DNA from: Oikopleura dioica
Lineage: Eukaryota; Animalia; Chordata
NCBI GenBank assembly: GCA_907165135.1
Contig: OU015569.1
Coordinates: forward strand, 6,014,001-6,078,000
Length of the DNA: 64,000 bases
Direction: 5' to 3'
In this document: positions 60,746 to 64,000 of the stretch, in pieces
How positions within the stretch are numbered: the first letter of the stretch is position 1
Layout: each line of letters starts with the position of its first letter
Notes under the pieces: generated by a model
The model's input: only the letters and a program-made list of their open reading frames with translations
The model's database searches: none
What the model was told of the DNA's origin: nothing
Program-made: the position numbers and the translations under genes

Positions 60746-62437
60746 TTAAAAGCTACATGTCGTAAACTTGCCATTAAAAAGCTTGAGGAAGGACTTGCGG
60801 GGGCCCATAGACGGAGTCTTGACCAACTGGCGTGCACACCTGAGCGCGGCGAAAGATAGATACTCCCTTTTTCAGCGCGCCGGAAGAAGCGAAAAAGCGG
60901 CGCATTGACAAAAAGAGTAACTATTTCGCGAAGAAAACCAAGCTCAACCACTCGATCGAGGGCTGAACTTGCGAATAATAACTGCTTTCGCACGGCCTCT
61001 ACAACTGGGACATAAAAGCATCCTAAGCAAACTGGTCTTTGAATTTTCAGACCCAGATTTCTCTGCGTAAAACATTAGGAGCTTAAATTTTCCCTACAAT
61101 ATACGAAAAAGAATCGAAATGGAACTGAAGGTATTGCTGCGGACAAGTCTGCGTTTTGTAATAAAAAAAAATAGAGTTTTCGCAAAATCGTCCGAGCTCA
61201 AGAAATAAGCCCATCAGAGGCAAGCTTATCCGCAGCAAGATATGAATATGCTAGGAATAATAGGAAAATTAAGAAATCCTAGAAAAAAGTAGTGAGAATA
61301 ATTTTATCCTTGATTAAGTTGGTAAATTAAATTTTTTTGGAACGAGGGACACCCGAGATATTTTTCTACACATAAATTATCCAGAGACAAGAAATCAGAC
61401 AATGTTTTTTTATAAAAAAGTGTTTATATAATATATGTTCAAAAAACAAATACAGTAGCTGATGAAGTTGAACGAGGGCAAGAGGTAAGAAAAATAGTAG
61501 AAAAGATTAAATCGTGAAGATTATCTCAGGAGGGAATTGTAGGTGTTTTTTAGTTATTTTTGGGGGCAATTTCACAGTTTGGTTATTACAAAACACTTTA
61601 ACAACATTTAAACTTAAGATTTAAAGATTCTTAAATTAAAGATGGTAAAGAGAACATGCTGGAAGTTTCGAGGAGTTGTTGCAACCGCTACAAATTGTAT
61701 GGGGATGGAGAGTGTCTTTGGGAGAAAGAGAGGGAGCAGTGAATGAAAGTTAGAAATTTCAATCTGTAATGTTTTGAGTAGGATCACAATAGTAGGTGCA
61801 GAGAATGAGTAGGAAGGGATGTTGGTCGGCCATTCGTTCGGTGGAAAACCAGACTTCTTCCTAGACTCCTAGGAACAAGTCGAGGCCCCACCGGTCCAAT
61901 ATCGATTGATGTTATTCAGACATTCAGAATAAATCGGATAATAGTTTTACTAATTTCGGACTCACGAAAATAATCTCATGAATTTGGGAAGGGAATCATC
62001 AATGAGGTAACTGTATAAAAACTCGGTCTGCAAATGACTTTTCTCCTCTATTCCTAACATGCTCCTGATACCTGAAATTAAAACAAAAAGCAAGCACTCT
62101 AAGCAACTGAAATTATCACAAACAAGGAAATGGGTTCCTATATCTTGGTGGTAGGGTTCTCCTGGAAATATAAATGCTTTGTAAAGAGAGGATCGGTGAT
62201 GTTTTCAGTGGTCTTAAAGAAAAACTAGCAATTGAACGATAAATTTCCTGCGTTTGCACATTGGGTAAATTTAAGCTGTTCGTTGTGAACATTTGCTGGA
62301 CATCGCGGATAGATTGATAACTGAGATAGATCGAGAACTGCCTGATATTTGAACTGAATAGGTAAAATTGCCTTGGGATTCGTTTTCGGGGTGAAGAATG
62401 AGGAGCGTGGAACATGGTCTTGAACTTTTTTGTGATT

Positions 62438-64000
62438 TTAGCACTGCGATTGCGGGGTGAAACGTGAGCTGTCAAGCGCAGGATCGTAAGGCTCGTAGGG
62501 TTCGAAGGGGTCGAATTCAGAGTCTGAGCACACTGAGAGATTGAGTTTTGCTTCAAGACTGTTATCCAGTAACGAACTGAGTCCAAGGTCCTGATAAGCG
62601 CCCGGATGGAAGTTTGGCTGATTCGTATTGCCAGGGTAGCCTTGTCCGGGGTGGTAGCCCGTACTCATATGACCACGGTAGGGATCGCTCCACTGTGCAG
62701 GATCAGCCGACGAGATGTTGGGCTGCGAGTTCTGCTGATGAATCATATGCTGAAAAAAAAACACTAGAGAATGTGTCCTTGCTGTGAGAGTATTTACCGG
62801 CTGCTGGTAAGAGTGAGCATGATGATCTTGTATTTTGGCGTGCTCATAATATTGCGCCCATTGGCTCGAGAGATTCTGCTGTTGCTGACTTCTGGGCTGT
62901 TGGTGAGGGTTGTTTCCAGTGTTCCAAGGTTGCCATCCGTTTGCTGGCTGGCCTCCATACATGGGATACTGATTCCATCCTTGATTGACTGAATCTATTG
63001 GAGTTAAGCTTAAAAGCGGTCTTTTTGGTACCTGGATGCTGGTCGACTTGAGGCCACGGCCCGCCAATACCAGGCTGATTGCTTGGTGGAGGTGGACCGG
63101 GCGTGCCAGGATTCGGATGTAGCGAGAGATTATTCACTTGATTTGTCAACTGAGTAATCATTCCCTGATTAGGAGTCTGAGGCATCTGATGCGTAGGAGT
63201 ACCAGGGCCTGTATGCGAGTTCCCATGGATCTGCTAGGAATATATATGTAATTGAAAAAAGATATATTCTTACAAAATGATCCATGTTATGCGATGCTTG
63301 GCTATGCGTATTTGGCGGACCGATTCCAGCCTTATCTTGAATAAGTTTCTGGGCTTCTTGGATTTGTTGCTCCGTCCCACGGATGATAAAGGTCTTCCAA
63401 TTATCACCCTTGTCGCTAGCATTTTTCTCGATTTGAACAAACGCTCCAGAGTTCTCCTTGATCAGGCGAATATTTTCGCCGCCTTTTCCAATGACGACGC
63501 CGGCCCGGCTAGCTGGAACAGGGTATTCGACACAGTGTTGTCCTTGCCTGAACAAGACTAATAAGAAGAAGGAGAGATGGTCATGCACTTACATGAAACT
63601 TGAATCACTGTTGCCATGGAGAGGTGGATGCTGCTCCTGCAATTTTTGGCGCGCAATTTCAGAGATTCTATCGTTCGCCATTTGACAAGCTTCAGGAGTG
63701 CCGCTGATAGAGCATGAGCGCACGTCCTGAGTGGGATCGTCGGTTTTAAACTGGATCCTCGTGTTTGTCTCGTTTTGAATTTTGGAAATATTCTCGCCAC
63801 CTCTTCCAATGACAACTCCGACAGCGGCTTTGGGAACCTTAAAATCGAATTAACTTTCTAGAATCAATCGTTAAGAATTTGTTTTTTTTCTTACTGGACT
63901 CTTACCGAAACTTCGATTGAATGGCCAACAGTTTTCGTATTTATGATTGATGTTGCTGGTTTGGAACCGTCTTTCTGAGCCATCAGATTCATAATGGCGC
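62438..64000 (-). CDS. FUBP/KHSRP-family KH-domain RNA/ssDNA-binding protein, 3-prime part (runs off window end)
   Basis: KH motifs VPKAAVGVVIGRGGENI and VPASRAGVVIGKGGENIRLIKENSGAFVQI, a Pro/Gly-rich linker, and a DUF1897-type SSQWAQYYE motif. Confidence 0.9.

Noticed and set aside
1-64000. Prokaryotic systems (CRISPR arrays, operons with RBS, defence islands), rRNA, tRNA, SL RNA
   Set aside because: The sequence is intron-containing eukaryotic DNA. I saw no regularly spaced repeats or recognisable structural RNA genes by eye; tRNAscan and Infernal were not run.

Overview
Compact, AT-rich eukaryotic (animal) genomic DNA. Most introns are about 40-100 nt, GA-AG and GC-AG introns are frequent, and intergenic gaps are short. 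This pattern is most consistent with the larvacean tunicate Oikopleura (inference). About 17 intron-containing protein-coding genes can be reconstructed by hand: a CNBD2-like cNMP-binding protein, a dispanin-like membrane protein, an MGCSSSK-type disordered protein, a trypsin-like protease, an SLC43 transporter, TEP1, an SLC7/LAT transporter, a galactose-3-O-sulfotransferase, a secreted sushi-like protein, an apparently kinase-less MYLK-like Ig protein, a plectin-repeat protein, a synaptotagmin-like protein, a small Cys-rich secreted protein, a FUBP/KHSRP-family KH protein and several orphans. Two or three MITE-like elements are also present. The most striking observation is the SLC7 gene (25089-28399). 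Its reading frame is only restored without gaps against the family if 7 of 17 introns begin with CC, AC or AA instead of G. Each of these follows an exon ending in G and has an intact AG acceptor, and four of them occur in a row around 20-36 nt micro-exons. I saw no rRNA, tRNA or CRISPR. All gene models and homolog comparisons are manual and from memory; no search was run.
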